64,000 bases of DNA from Anaerolineales bacterium. GTDB lineage: Bacteria > Chloroflexota > Anaerolineae > Anaerolineales > UBA4823. The stretch is taken from contig JAWOHN010000044.1 of the NCBI GenBank assembly GCA_046485135.1, positions 14,231 to 78,230 of the forward strand. Reading direction: 5' to 3'. This document shows, one piece after another, positions 47,519-56,522 of this stretch. Made by a program: the position numbers and the translations under genes. Position 1 is the first letter of the stretch, and each line of letters opens with the position of its first letter. Under the pieces are notes generated by a model. That model searched no databases, had not been told where the DNA came from, and was given only the letters and a program-made list of their open reading frames with translations.

Positions 47519-49200
47519 TCCAAACGCCCCTCAATTTCATTCAGAAGGTTCTTCGCCAAGGATAAGGCCTGTTCCTTGGCGTCAATTTTTCCAACAGCCT
47601 GGTTTTCACGGATAGCTTCGAGAAGTTGCCCTACAACCGGTCCAGGCTGGAGATTTAAATATTCCATCAGCTCATTCCCGTCAAGAATTGCAGGGGGAGA
47701 AACGCTCTCTTGCGCTGCTTCCCACCACGCTTGGAGCAGTGTGCGGACCACCTGCAAATGCCGGGTCCAATGCTCTAAGGATAGGCTTGGACCGTAGGTA
47801 GCCAGAACATCTGCCAGGGATAATAAACAGATATCCACGCCAGCCGGGCCTGTAGCCTTGAAGAAGCGATAAATTGCCCGCCGGCTAACCGGGTCGGAAC
47901 CCTGGGATAACAAAATAGGCCTGAGATGGTGGCGTACGATGGTTCCCACCCGATCAATTTCAACATTACTTAAGCGCAAACTGCGCGCCCGCTCGATAAG
48001 GAGAGACTCTCCCACCTGATCATGTTGGAAAAAGCGGATGCGGTTAGCATCATCTACCGCCCAAGTTTGGGGTTTGCCAATATCATGGTACAGAGCTGCC
48101 AGGAACAGCAACCCTCGTAAAGAGCGATCTTTGGTCAGTTCAGACTGGAAATGCTGATCGATCTGCTGACGGAAGCGGCCCAGGTTCATCACCAACGATC
48201 CCATAATCAAGTTGGCGGCAGATTCTTCGTTGTATGATATTTGTAACGCTTGAAGCACGTTGTCTAACTGCTGCATTACTCCCAAAGTATGTTCCCACAC
48301 ATCATAAACATGTGGAGGCGATTGGTCTACACCCTTCAAAGCAGTTAATTCCGGCAAAATGTGGGGGAAAACGCCGAGTAAGTCCAAAGCCCGGAAACAA
48401 GTATGGGGCTGAGGGCCAGATAAAATCTTGAACAGCTCATCTCGCAACCTTTCCGGAGAAACTGCCGGCAATGCGCTTACCCCAGCGCGCAGCAGGGCTA
48501 GAGTTTGCGGAAGAATATGAAAATTATAGGCAGCTGCCAGACGAATTGCGCGCAGAATGCGCAGAGGATCATCTGTGATAGAGGTCGGGGAACAAGCACG
48601 CAAGCGCCTGGCGTGCAAATCTGCCGCGCCTCCCAGTGGGTCAAACAGGGCCATATTCTGGCGCAGGTCTAAAGCCATAGCGTTAACGGTGAAGTCACGC
48701 CCCCGCAAATCACTTTCCAGATCAGGTCCCCGGTAGGCCGCAAAATCCAGGGCACGGCCAGAGTCTGCGTGTCCGGGGAGGATCAGGCGGGCGGTTTCTC
48801 TTTCTTGATCGAGAGGGAAATAGGCTGCTCCAATTTGGTTGGCAACCATACGGGCATATTTCAATACATCCCCAGGGAGCACAAAATCCAAATCATGCAT
48901 GCTGCGTCCAAGCAGCGCATCTCGCACCGCGCCGCCCACCAGATGCAAAGGGATATGGTCAGGTATCGCTTCTGCAACCTGTTCGATTAGTGCAGATGAG
49001 GCAATTGGTTTTGAAATGGGTACATAAACGATGCGCGGCGTTTCTTTTGGCCGGGTCGCTTTTGCTGCCCGCAGAGCCTGGTCAGGTGTGCCGCCCTGTC
49101 CAATGACACGCTCACCCAGCAGAGCGACCCAGCGACCCGCATACTGAGCCAGGTGATCTACCTCACCGGATGGGTCCAACGATTCAGGCAATCCGTTCAT
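47509..49200 (-). CDS. cca: CCA-adding tRNA nucleotidyltransferase / poly(A) polymerase family enzyme with an HD domain and an ~70-aa N-terminal extension
   Basis: LHLVGGAVRDALLGRSMHDLDFV head motif; RDFTVNA; HD motif LYHDIGKP. Confidence 0.8.
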   Translation of the reverse strand: MNGLPESLDPSGEVDHLAQYAGRWVALLGERVIGQGGTPDQALRAAKATRPKETPRIVYVPISKPIASSALIEQVAEAIPDHIPLHLVGGAVRDALLGRSMHDLDFVLPGDVLKYARMVANQIGAAYFPLDQERETARLILPGHADSGRALDFAAYRGPDLESDLRGRDFTVNAMALDLRQNMALFDPLGGAADLHARRLRACSPTSITDDPLRILRAIRLAAAYNFHILPQTLALLRAGVSALPAVSPERLRDELFKILSGPQPHTCFRALDLLGVFPHILPELTALKGVDQSPPHVYDVWEHTLGVMQQLDNVLQALQISYNEESAANLIMGSLVMNLGRFRQQIDQHFQSELTKDRSLRGLLFLAALYHDIGKPQTWAVDDANRIRFFQHDQVGESLLIERARSLRLSNVEIDRVGTIVRHHLRPILLSQGSDPVSRRAIYRFFKATGPAGVDICLLSLADVLATYGPSLSLEHWTRHLQVVRTLLQAWWEAAQESVSPPAILDGNELMEYLNLQPGPVVGQLLEAIRENQAVGKIDAKEQALSLAKNLLNEIEGRLDQG

Positions 49201-49754
49201 TCCATCGGGCTGTAGCGAGTCTGGTCCAGGGCTGCTACAAAAGGCAGGTTGCGATAGTACTCATCCACATCTAAACCATATCCAAAGATGAATTTATCCG
49301 GGATGACAAAGCCTGAATAGGCTATGGGCACTTCAGTCTGGCGACGCTCAGCCTTATCCAATAAGACACATACCTTCAGGCTTTTTGGACGGCGAGTCTC
49401 CAAAAACTCGAACACAGCCTGGAGGGTATAACCGCTATCGACGATATCTTCCACCAGAAGGACATTGCGATCGCGAATATCGGTGTTCAAATCAAGGGTG
49501 ATGCGCGCCTGACCGGTTGTGCTGCGCGCACCAATGCCATAAGACGACACCGCCATAAAATCTACCAAATGCGGGATTTCAATAGCGCGCATCAGATCCA
49601 CCAGGAAAACCACCCCACCTCGTAAGATACATACCAAGAGCAGGTCTTGATCCAAGTAATCTCGCGAGATCTGTTTGCCCAGTTCGGAAATCCTTTTCTG
49701 CAAGGTTTCTGCATCGATTAAAATTTCATCGAGGAAATCATGATAGTCTTGCAT
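49197..49754 (-). CDS. hpt: Hypoxanthine phosphoribosyltransferase
   Basis: PRPP motif VLLVEDIVDSGYTL, FIFGYGLD. ATG 49754 has a GGAGG SD (track start 49769). Confidence 0.9.
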   Translation of the reverse strand: MQDYHDFLDEILIDAETLQKRISELGKQISRDYLDQDLLLVCILRGGVVFLVDLMRAIEIPHLVDFMAVSSYGIGARSTTGQARITLDLNTDIRDRNVLLVEDIVDSGYTLQAVFEFLETRRPKSLKVCVLLDKAERRQTEVPIAYSGFVIPDKFIFGYGLDVDEYYRNLPFVAALDQTRYSPME

Positions 49755-49826
49755 AATAAACCTCCACATCTGGTCTTGCTAAAGACCTACCCAAAAAATT
49801 AGCATGTTGGATGGTACCATCGCCTA

Positions 49827-50399
49827 TCAATCCCGAGGCACCTCATGGTGCATCCTACAGCGAGCTTCATATAACTCAGATGCTCCCACTATAACGACCG
49901 GATCATTATAACGGGCAGGTCTTCCATTCACAATCCGCTGGGTGCGGGTGGCAGGCTCTCCACATACCATGCAGATGGCATGCAGTTTGTCAACAAACTC
50001 TGCCTGGGCCATTAATACTGGCATAGGTCCAAATGGCTCTCCGCGAAAATCGGTATCCAAACCGGCAACAATTACCCTGAGACCCTGATCTGCCAGGTTT
50101 TGAGCTATGCTGATGACCGTTTGATCAAAGAATTGTGCTTCGTCGATCGCAACAACGGTTGTGTCCAACTCAAGCAATTTCATGATTTCACCAGCACTCT
50201 GGATGGCATAGGCATCATAGTCACTGCCGGCATGAGAAGTTACCTTTTGGACAGTGTAGCGATTATCGATGGCCGGTTTAAAAACTTGCACTTTCTGCCG
50301 CGCAATTGTTGCTCGCCGCAAACGGCGGATCAGCTCATCCGTTTTTCCACTAAACATAGATCCGGTGATGACTTCTATAGAACCAGTATGGTGTTTCAT
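49827..50399 (-). CDS. tdk: Thymidine kinase
   Basis: P-loop [15 protein letters not shown], zinc motif CMVCG...C; SD AAGGAGA. Confidence 0.9.
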   Translation of the reverse strand: MKHHTGSIEVITGSMFSGKTDELIRRLRRATIARQKVQVFKPAIDNRYTVQKVTSHAGSDYDAYAIQSAGEIMKLLELDTTVVAIDEAQFFDQTVISIAQNLADQGLRVIVAGLDTDFRGEPFGPMPVLMAQAEFVDKLHAICMVCGEPATRTQRIVNGRPARYNDPVVIVGASELYEARCRMHHEVPRD

Positions 50400-50430
50400 G
50401 CCTGAGGGATCTCCTTAGTAATAATGTGTA

Positions 50431-50460
50431 AACAGGCAGACGCAGGGGCGTCTGCCTGTT
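50431..50460 (-). terminator. Hairpin downstream of rpmE (probable terminator)
   Basis: aacaggcagacgc-aggg-gcgtctgcctgtt is a perfect 13-bp stem; only a weak U-tract follows on the minus strand. Confidence 0.55.
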
Positions 50461-50492
50461 AAGTTTACTCTAAGATCGACGGTTGGCAAGGA

Positions 50493-50966
50493 TCAGGACA
50501 CTATCTGGTCCAGACTTTGGGGCAGTTCGTATCCCAGCTGGCGCAAGCGTTTTTTCAAATCGGCCAGGGATTTGCGACCAAAGCCATCAATCGCCAGGAG
50601 TTTTTCTTCACCCTGTGCTAAAAGATCCAGGATTTGACCGGTGTTTAACACTTCACTCTTGACCAGGGCGTCTGTTGCACGGGTTCCAAGCTCAAGTTCC
50701 TGGACAGGGCGTTCAGGAGATACCCGGGCAGCAGATCTCGCTTCGGCTTCGTCCTTATATTGCTGACGAGCTTGCAGCTTGCGATAGAAGCGATCGACCT
50801 GCCCTTCAGTATCTACGATGCGCTGCTCGCCGGTGTAAAATGGGTGACATTTGTAGCAAACATCGGTGCGGATTTCTTTTTTGGTAGAACCGGTATGCCA
50901 GGTGTTACCGCACGCACAGACCACCAAAGCATCCGAAAAATAAGTGGGATGGATTTTTTCTTTCAT
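50493..50966 (-). CDS. rpmE: Ribosomal protein L31 (Zn-type) fused to an RNA polymerase alpha-subunit C-terminal-domain-like HhH domain
   Basis: aa 1-70 are canonical L31 (KIHPTY...CACG...CYKCHPFYTGEQR). aa ~85-148 (PVQELELGTRATDALVKSEVLNTGQILDLL...LLAIDGFGRKSLADLKKRLRQLGYEL) align with the E. coli RpoA CTD ([27 protein letters not shown]...[26 protein letters not shown]). Confidence 0.85.
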   Translation of the reverse strand: MKEKIHPTYFSDALVVCACGNTWHTGSTKKEIRTDVCYKCHPFYTGEQRIVDTEGQVDRFYRKLQARQQYKDEAEARSAARVSPERPVQELELGTRATDALVKSEVLNTGQILDLLAQGEEKLLAIDGFGRKSLADLKKRLRQLGYELPQSLDQIVS

Positions 50967-51036
50967 GTTTCACAAATCCTTTCAGGTGTGAAACGTAGAT
51001 AACGGAAAAGGTTTTTGTCCGTATTACGCTTTTAGA

Positions 51037-51303
51037 TTAATTTGCTTCTTCCACTGGGATAACGCTAACCATCTTGCGGTCATCTCGAATGGTTTCATAT
51101 ACGACGATCCCCTCGGCGACTGCAAAGAGGGTATCATCCCGGCCGACTTTGACATTGCGACCCGGTTTTATGCGAGTCCCGCGCTGGCGAACAAGGATAT
51201 TTCCAGAGAGAACATGTTGCCCGCCAAATACTTTAACACCCAGGCGCTGTGAGTTGCTATCTCGCCCATTGCGGCTGGAGCCGCCACCTTTTTTGTGAGC
51301 CAT
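51037..51303 (-). CDS. rpmA: Ribosomal protein L27
   Basis: [16 protein letters not shown]...LGVK; SD AGGAGGAAG. Confidence 0.95.
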   Translation of the reverse strand: MAHKKGGGSSRNGRDSNSQRLGVKVFGGQHVLSGNILVRQRGTRIKPGRNVKVGRDDTLFAVAEGIVVYETIRDDRKMVSVIPVEEAN

Positions 51304-51312
51304 TTCTTCCTC

Positions 51313-51642
51313 CTATTCCGTTTCCGCTTCCAACAGAATAGCGTCGATTTTCAAGCGTGTGTACTGTTGGCGATGACCCTTTTTCACGCGATAGCGGATT
51401 TTGGGTTTATATTTAAACACCACAATCTTGGGGCCTTTGATCTGTGAAATGACTGTGGCCTGAACCCGTGCCCCAGGAATCGTGGGGGTCCCAATGGTAA
51501 CATCATCTCCATCTGCAACCAGGAGCACCCGGTCCAGATCGATCTGGTCACCCACTTCAGATGGATAACGATCTACCTCAATCGTTCCACCTTCGACGGC
51601 TCGAAATTGCTTGCCGCCATCTTCAACAATAGCATATTTCAT
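51313..51642 (-). CDS. rplU: Ribosomal protein L21
   Basis: MKYAIVEDGGKQFR...VVFKYKPKIRYRVKKGHRQ. ATG 51642 is preceded by GGAGA (track start 51654 is TTG). Confidence 0.93.
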   Translation of the reverse strand: MKYAIVEDGGKQFRAVEGGTIEVDRYPSEVGDQIDLDRVLLVADGDDVTIGTPTIPGARVQATVISQIKGPKIVVFKYKPKIRYRVKKGHRQQYTRLKIDAILLEAETE

Positions 51643-51793
51643 CGATTTCTCCAATCTTCACTTCGCCGCACGCCCCGCGCCGGTGTAGATCAACCACATC
51701 GCCGAGCCAGTCCCTTGCTCCGGGCAGCGCCGGTGTGCGGGGAAGTTGGGGATACAGAATTTTGCCCCAGCGACTTGCTGCCGGGGCAGTGCG
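51643..51793 (-). promoter_or_regulatory. GC-rich structured 5' leader of rplU-rpmA-rpmE (candidate ribosomal-protein autoregulatory leader)
   Basis: About 150 nt lie between the predicted TSS and the ATG. Hairpin gcccc(ggc)agc-aagtc-gctggggc; long-range pairing ccgcac...gtgcgg; the 10-nt acaccggcgc occurs twice. Confidence 0.4.
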
Positions 51794-51799
51794 GGCTGT

Positions 51800-51828
51800 A
51801 TTATAACGGGGTTAGCGCCGGATGTCAA
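51800..51828 (-). promoter_or_regulatory. Consensus sigma-70 promoter for rplU
   Basis: The minus strand reads TTGACA-17 nt-TATAAT (ttgacatccggcgctaaccccgttataat), an exact match to both hexamers at optimal spacing. Confidence 0.75.
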
Positions 51829-51914
51829 ATTAATTCTTAGAAAAACCAGCAAATATTACCCCAAATGGTTAAAACTACACAAGTTCATAACCATATTAGT
51901 GAAAAACCTGTGCA

Positions 51915-53144
51915 CTAACCGCAGCCGCCGCCGCCGGGGCCGCGCTTATTCTTCAGCTCGATAACGGGTACATATTCAAACTGGTATTCATCGGGTCTGG
52001 GGTAAGCCGCCGGATATTTCGAACCCAAAGCGGCAGGGAACACAAAACGCAGTTGATCTGCTGGTGCGCCGGTCACCGGAAGGATTTCATGTTCTTCGCC
52101 GGTAAATACTGCCAACCAGTTGTTGATCCCTCCCTCCAAGATATAAATATTCGGAACACTTTCGGCAACCAGGATCTTCCATGCTTCGGTGGCAGCGACC
52201 TCATCGTTGCTCATGGTGATGAAGACAGTATTATCCGGTTCGAGAAGCAGTTCTTTGCTCATCTCTGCTAGATCTGCCAGGTCTACCCGTCTGGCATTCG
52301 AGATATGGAACAAGTTGTAATCGGCTTCAGCCCGGACATCAAGCAGCACGATGCGCAGCTTGCGGTCCTGCATGTTTTCCAACACTTCCCCTGGAGAGAC
52401 CTGGACAGCGCGTGCATTCAATAACAATTCCTTCTCTGGGGCGATCTTGGCCCAACGATCGGCGATGGTGGGTTGCCCAAGAACAGCTACAAACCCGGCC
52501 AGGACGATGAGACCTGCCGCTGCGGCAAAGCGTTGCCGCGGAGCACTTTTTGGGTCCTTTCCACCGAAGATTTTTTCCAATTGCTCGCCCCCCCAAAACA
52601 TAAACAAGGCCATGAACACAACTGCAATGACCACCACGCCGGTATCTAAACCCAACCATTCCGGAATTGTGAAGCGACCGAAGTAGGACGAATTCCAAAA
52701 TATTCTGTAGGTGTCTACAGTCTCACCGAACAGGAGGATCCCAAACAACGCTCCGAGCGTGAAAAACAGGCCATCCAACTTGCGCGTTGCCAGTGCGACC
52801 AGCGAGGTGCCCGGACAAAACCCGCCAATGATAAAACCCACACCCATGATCAACCCGCCCAGAATGCCAGGCCACAAATAGGTGGGGGGAACCCAGACCA
52901 GGTTATAGTCCAACAGACCAATTGCAGAGGCGCCAAACACCAACACCATAGCGACCACAATGGCGGTGAACATCACCTTTAAGACCGTCATGTCTTTGAA
53001 ATAGAATTGGGCTGCCAGTTTTGGAGAGTTGGCAAAACCAGATATCTCCAGAACAAACCCAAAGAAAAAGCCGATCATCATATAAACCGAGAATTCCCCG
53101 AATTTTGTAAACAAATCTGCAATGGGAAGAGGAAAAGGCGCCAT
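51915..53144 (-). CDS. YeeE/YedE-family sulfur-compound transporter half fused to a rhodanese-homology domain that lacks the catalytic Cys; C-terminal GGGGCG tail
   Basis: The N-terminal ~200 aa are hydrophobic and carry the GGFCPGTS loop. The C-terminal region LRIVLLDVRAEADYNLFHISNA...VFITMSNDEVAATEAWKIL...LEGGINNW is a rhodanese fold with M/S in place of the active-site Cys. The protein ends ...KRGPGGGGCG. Confidence 0.7.
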   Translation of the reverse strand: MAPFPLPIADLFTKFGEFSVYMMIGFFFGFVLEISGFANSPKLAAQFYFKDMTVLKVMFTAIVVAMVLVFGASAIGLLDYNLVWVPPTYLWPGILGGLIMGVGFIIGGFCPGTSLVALATRKLDGLFFTLGALFGILLFGETVDTYRIFWNSSYFGRFTIPEWLGLDTGVVVIAVVFMALFMFWGGEQLEKIFGGKDPKSAPRQRFAAAAGLIVLAGFVAVLGQPTIADRWAKIAPEKELLLNARAVQVSPGEVLENMQDRKLRIVLLDVRAEADYNLFHISNARRVDLADLAEMSKELLLEPDNTVFITMSNDEVAATEAWKILVAESVPNIYILEGGINNWLAVFTGEEHEILPVTGAPADQLRFVFPAALGSKYPAAYPRPDEYQFEYVPVIELKNKRGPGGGGCG

Positions 53145-53161
53145 GATCTATGTCTCCTGTA

Positions 53162-53740
53162 TTAATTCCACAAACGGCGTACAAAGTAAGCCAGGGCGTA
53201 CCCCCCAGCAAAGACTGCAAACATAAACGCCCAACTGCCCACCGAGAGCACGGCGCCTCCCGAAAGAGCCTGACCGGATGTGCAGCCTCTGGCCAGACGC
53301 GCTCCATAGCCCATGAAGCCGCCTCCAACAAAAGCCATCAACCAGCGCTTCCGAACGGTGATTTGCGGACCTTTGCCGGTCTCGACCTTTAGCCGGCCGT
53401 TAAGCCACCCGGAGGCAAACCCTCCCAGCAAGGTACCAACCGTTACCGGCACAACCCAGTTGTCTAAGGGGTTCGTATCGCCTCCTGCCATTGCCAACAG
53501 GAAAGGGGTACGATCGACATGCCCGGGTGCAACCAAATCTTCAAAATAAACCACGATCCGGTTCAGACCGCCCGAAGCGCCTAAGCCATTGCCAGTGAAA
53601 AAGAAGGCCAGGAACAGAACCACGCCTAAAAGGGCGCCCCCCAGGTATGGATTTACGTAGGGTCGGGCATCCCCCCGATCCAATACCCGCTTAAGAGAAA
53701 AAACACGTTTGCCAGAATTGGCTGAAGCAACAGTGCTCAT
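53162..53740 (-). CDS. YeeE/YedE-family sulfur-compound transporter half
   Basis: 192 aa and hydrophobic; conserved loop RLARGCTSGQALSG. The start overlaps the upstream stop (ATGA). Confidence 0.75.
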   Translation of the reverse strand: MSTVASANSGKRVFSLKRVLDRGDARPYVNPYLGGALLGVVLFLAFFFTGNGLGASGGLNRIVVYFEDLVAPGHVDRTPFLLAMAGGDTNPLDNWVVPVTVGTLLGGFASGWLNGRLKVETGKGPQITVRKRWLMAFVGGGFMGYGARLARGCTSGQALSGGAVLSVGSWAFMFAVFAGGYALAYFVRRLWN

Positions 53741-56517
53741 GATACAGCTTCCTCCTCAGTTAATTCAAATACTTCGACTTCATCCCAGCCAAGCATCATC
53801 GCCTGGATGCTGGCTAAAGGTGAATGACCTGTTGTAGTTAGATATACGTGCATGACCACAAAGGCTGCAAACAGCCAGGCAACCAAGGTATGGAATGGCG
53901 CCAGGAAAGGCAAGCCGCCCAACCAGTTGGTGATATTTGGCCAGCGCTGGGCTCCCCACATCAAAGCGCCGGTGATAATCTGCAGGGGCAACAAGATATT
54001 CAATATGGCAAAATAGGTCACTTGCTGCAATGGGTTAAGCTTCTTATCAGGAGTCTTCTCAAAGGGGTGTTTATCGCCTTTGAAAATTCCGCGCAGGTAA
54101 AAGCGCGCCTGGACAATGGCTTGATCGAAAAAGCCCAATGGACGGGGTAGGAACTGCTGGATCTCACCACTGACCAGGTGATAAAACAGGGACAGACCCG
54201 CGTTTATAACCAGCAGGGCAGCCAGGATATTGTGCACCAGGACCACGTAGCGGAAGCTAAACAGCCCAAAGGTATCTGGTTTATGGATAACAAGACCGGT
54301 AAAGATCAAACCCAGGATGACAAAGGTCTGCAACCAATGCCAAAAGCGCTCGTACACCGCATACATATAAACTTTCTTCAACTTAGGGGTATGACTTGGG
54401 CGGCGCATAGAGGTAAAGAAACGCAGCCCACCATGCAGAACAACGCCAAACATGGTCCCAAGAAATACCAACCCGCCAGCCAGGTCTACCCAAGCGACAC
54501 TGTCATGACCGAGTACGTAAAGGTTAGACTCCCGAGTCAGCGGCTGGTAGTAGAGTGCACCTGCCTCGGTTTGATACATCCTGCCATTGTTCAGGGTATT
54601 GGATGAGGCCACAAATTCGGGCAGCACATCGCCAGGTGTATAGGAAGATAACAAAATTGGCTGAGTCACCCGGGAGTTGGTCCCATGACAGGCCTGGCAA
54701 TCCCTGATAGCCCAATCACCACCGGCTACAGTGTGATTGATGCTATATGGTTGGACCTCACCGACAATACGGGGGTTCTCCAGGCCCAATTGGCTTAAGC
54801 GGGCCGTGATCAGATCTAACTTGGCCTGGTTGTCCAATACCAGCTCGCTTTCAGCTAAGCTTCCGTCTCCATTCTGGTCAAAGGCAGCCATAATTTCAGC
54901 CGGATAGCGGTCTCCTTCGAGCCAGGCAGAGGCCAGATCAACCTGGCGGACCGGTCGTTCAGGGTTTCCATAGACCCAAAACCAGGAGGTGATCAAGTTA
55001 AAGGGAGCGATCTTGCTGTTCCCATCGACATCGGTTTGGGGCATTAAGATGGGCTGGTAGCCTGTGACCAGAGAAGTCATTGGGTTTACGCCGCCTGGCT
55101 CCAATCCCCGGCATTCCGTATTCGGGGAGACGTCCGCGGTGACTACAGTCCAATCATATTGCTGAAAAGCCGCAGAATACATTTGCGGGATATGGCATGT
55201 CTCGCAGCTCACCACTTCCATGTGGCGATCTTGATAGGGCAACCAGGTATGGGTGCTCAGGGCGTCATGACAAGATTCGCAGCGCCGCATGGTGTTCTTC
55301 AAATCCGGGCTGACCGTGCTCTGAGCACTCTGGCCGCGGGCGAACTGGTGCAAAGGTTGGTATAAATATTCACCTAACTCTAACCGGCGCGGGTCAAAGA
55401 TCAGATGTTCGGGACGCGAGCTTTCCGCCTCTTGGAAGTAAACCGGGTTGTTCAGTGAGAAATGGCAATCGGTACAGTTCACGGCACGCTCGGCATGAAT
55501 ATCCCAGGAGCGGGTTAACTTGGCTTTGTCCGCCAGGTTCAAACCAGAATCCGACAGCCGCTGAGGCGAGATGATCTGCCCTGTGGTTTGCGTGCGCCAT
55601 TGCTCTGCGCTACAAGCGGATAAAATAACCGGCTCACGCAGAGTATCGTGGACCAGGCCGTGGCACTGCCCGCAATTATCGTTGGTGGGGTCCTGGATCT
55701 GCACGAACTCAGCGTCCAGCAAGCCATCGTCAGTAAACGCGTCGGCCCGGTATTGGTATGCGCCATTCACCCGGTCAACGATCCCACTTTGCAGCAAAGT
55801 GGCAGTATTCGCCCAACGGAAATTGCCCGCCTGAAGCTCATCGATGCGGGCCTGGTTATCGGGGGCAGACGTGTGGCAAAGGAAGCAATTCATCTCCACC
55901 GTTCCCGATCGTTCCCAATCCCAGGCTGTCAGCTGACCAGTGTGCGGGTCCTGCACATTCGTTTCAGGGTCACCCGAAGTCACCGGCAAATCCGATAGCG
56001 GGCGACCATCGCGAGCCGTGGCGGCTGGGCCGCCGCCGACATGGAATGATCCCAGCTGCCTGATCCAATCTGCAGTGCCCAGATCGATGCGCTCGTCTCC
56101 TTGGGGGGAAAGGTAACGGTAGATCAAGGGGTTCCATTTCCCAAATAACCCGGGGCTGCTGTCCCAAGATCGCCCACCGGTAACATCACCTGGTGCACTG
56201 AAATCTTCCAGACCTAAATCTGCATGATAGCTATGCTGCTCGATAAAAGCGGTATCATGGCATGCGCCACAGGTTTGTAGAGTGGATACCGCTTTCCCGC
56301 TGGTAAGCACATTTTCACCACTTTCATCCAGCAAGGCAAAGGTGGGATGAATGGGTGAGATCTGAGCGGGCCCGCTATCCAGCGATTTCGCAAATGCCAG
56401 GCTACCCGTTATGATAAAAATCGCTATCAGAGCTATGCTGAAGGCGAAAACCGTGTAGGCGCCCCGGGGACGAGATGATAAGAAGCAGGTCAACTTTGTC
56501 ATCATTCTTATGCTCAT
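53737..56517 (-). CDS. Heptaheme c-type cytochrome fused to a HydC/FdnI-type b-type cytochrome membrane domain (CbcL-like quinol oxidoreductase)
   Basis: N-terminal TM/signal anchor. Seven CxxCH motifs (CGACH, CFLCH, CGQCH, CTDCH, CESCH, CETCH, CQACH). C-terminal ~230 aa with 4-5 TM helices and a His pattern (YERFWHWLQTF..., VLVHNIL, FHTLVAW, VMHVY) typical of Ni/Fe-hydrogenase/FDH cytochrome b subunits. DQNGDGSLAESE is a Ca-loop-like motif. Confidence 0.75.
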   Translation of the reverse strand: MSIRMMTKLTCFLSSRPRGAYTVFAFSIALIAIFIITGSLAFAKSLDSGPAQISPIHPTFALLDESGENVLTSGKAVSTLQTCGACHDTAFIEQHSYHADLGLEDFSAPGDVTGGRSWDSSPGLFGKWNPLIYRYLSPQGDERIDLGTADWIRQLGSFHVGGGPAATARDGRPLSDLPVTSGDPETNVQDPHTGQLTAWDWERSGTVEMNCFLCHTSAPDNQARIDELQAGNFRWANTATLLQSGIVDRVNGAYQYRADAFTDDGLLDAEFVQIQDPTNDNCGQCHGLVHDTLREPVILSACSAEQWRTQTTGQIISPQRLSDSGLNLADKAKLTRSWDIHAERAVNCTDCHFSLNNPVYFQEAESSRPEHLIFDPRRLELGEYLYQPLHQFARGQSAQSTVSPDLKNTMRRCESCHDALSTHTWLPYQDRHMEVVSCETCHIPQMYSAAFQQYDWTVVTADVSPNTECRGLEPGGVNPMTSLVTGYQPILMPQTDVDGNSKIAPFNLITSWFWVYGNPERPVRQVDLASAWLEGDRYPAEIMAAFDQNGDGSLAESELVLDNQAKLDLITARLSQLGLENPRIVGEVQPYSINHTVAGGDWAIRDCQACHGTNSRVTQPILLSSYTPGDVLPEFVASSNTLNNGRMYQTEAGALYYQPLTRESNLYVLGHDSVAWVDLAGGLVFLGTMFGVVLHGGLRFFTSMRRPSHTPKLKKVYMYAVYERFWHWLQTFVILGLIFTGLVIHKPDTFGLFSFRYVVLVHNILAALLVINAGLSLFYHLVSGEIQQFLPRPLGFFDQAIVQARFYLRGIFKGDKHPFEKTPDKKLNPLQQVTYFAILNILLPLQIITGALMWGAQRWPNITNWLGGLPFLAPFHTLVAWLFAAFVVMHVYLTTTGHSPLASIQAMMLGWDEVEVFELTEEEAVS

Positions 56518-56522
56518 TACGT

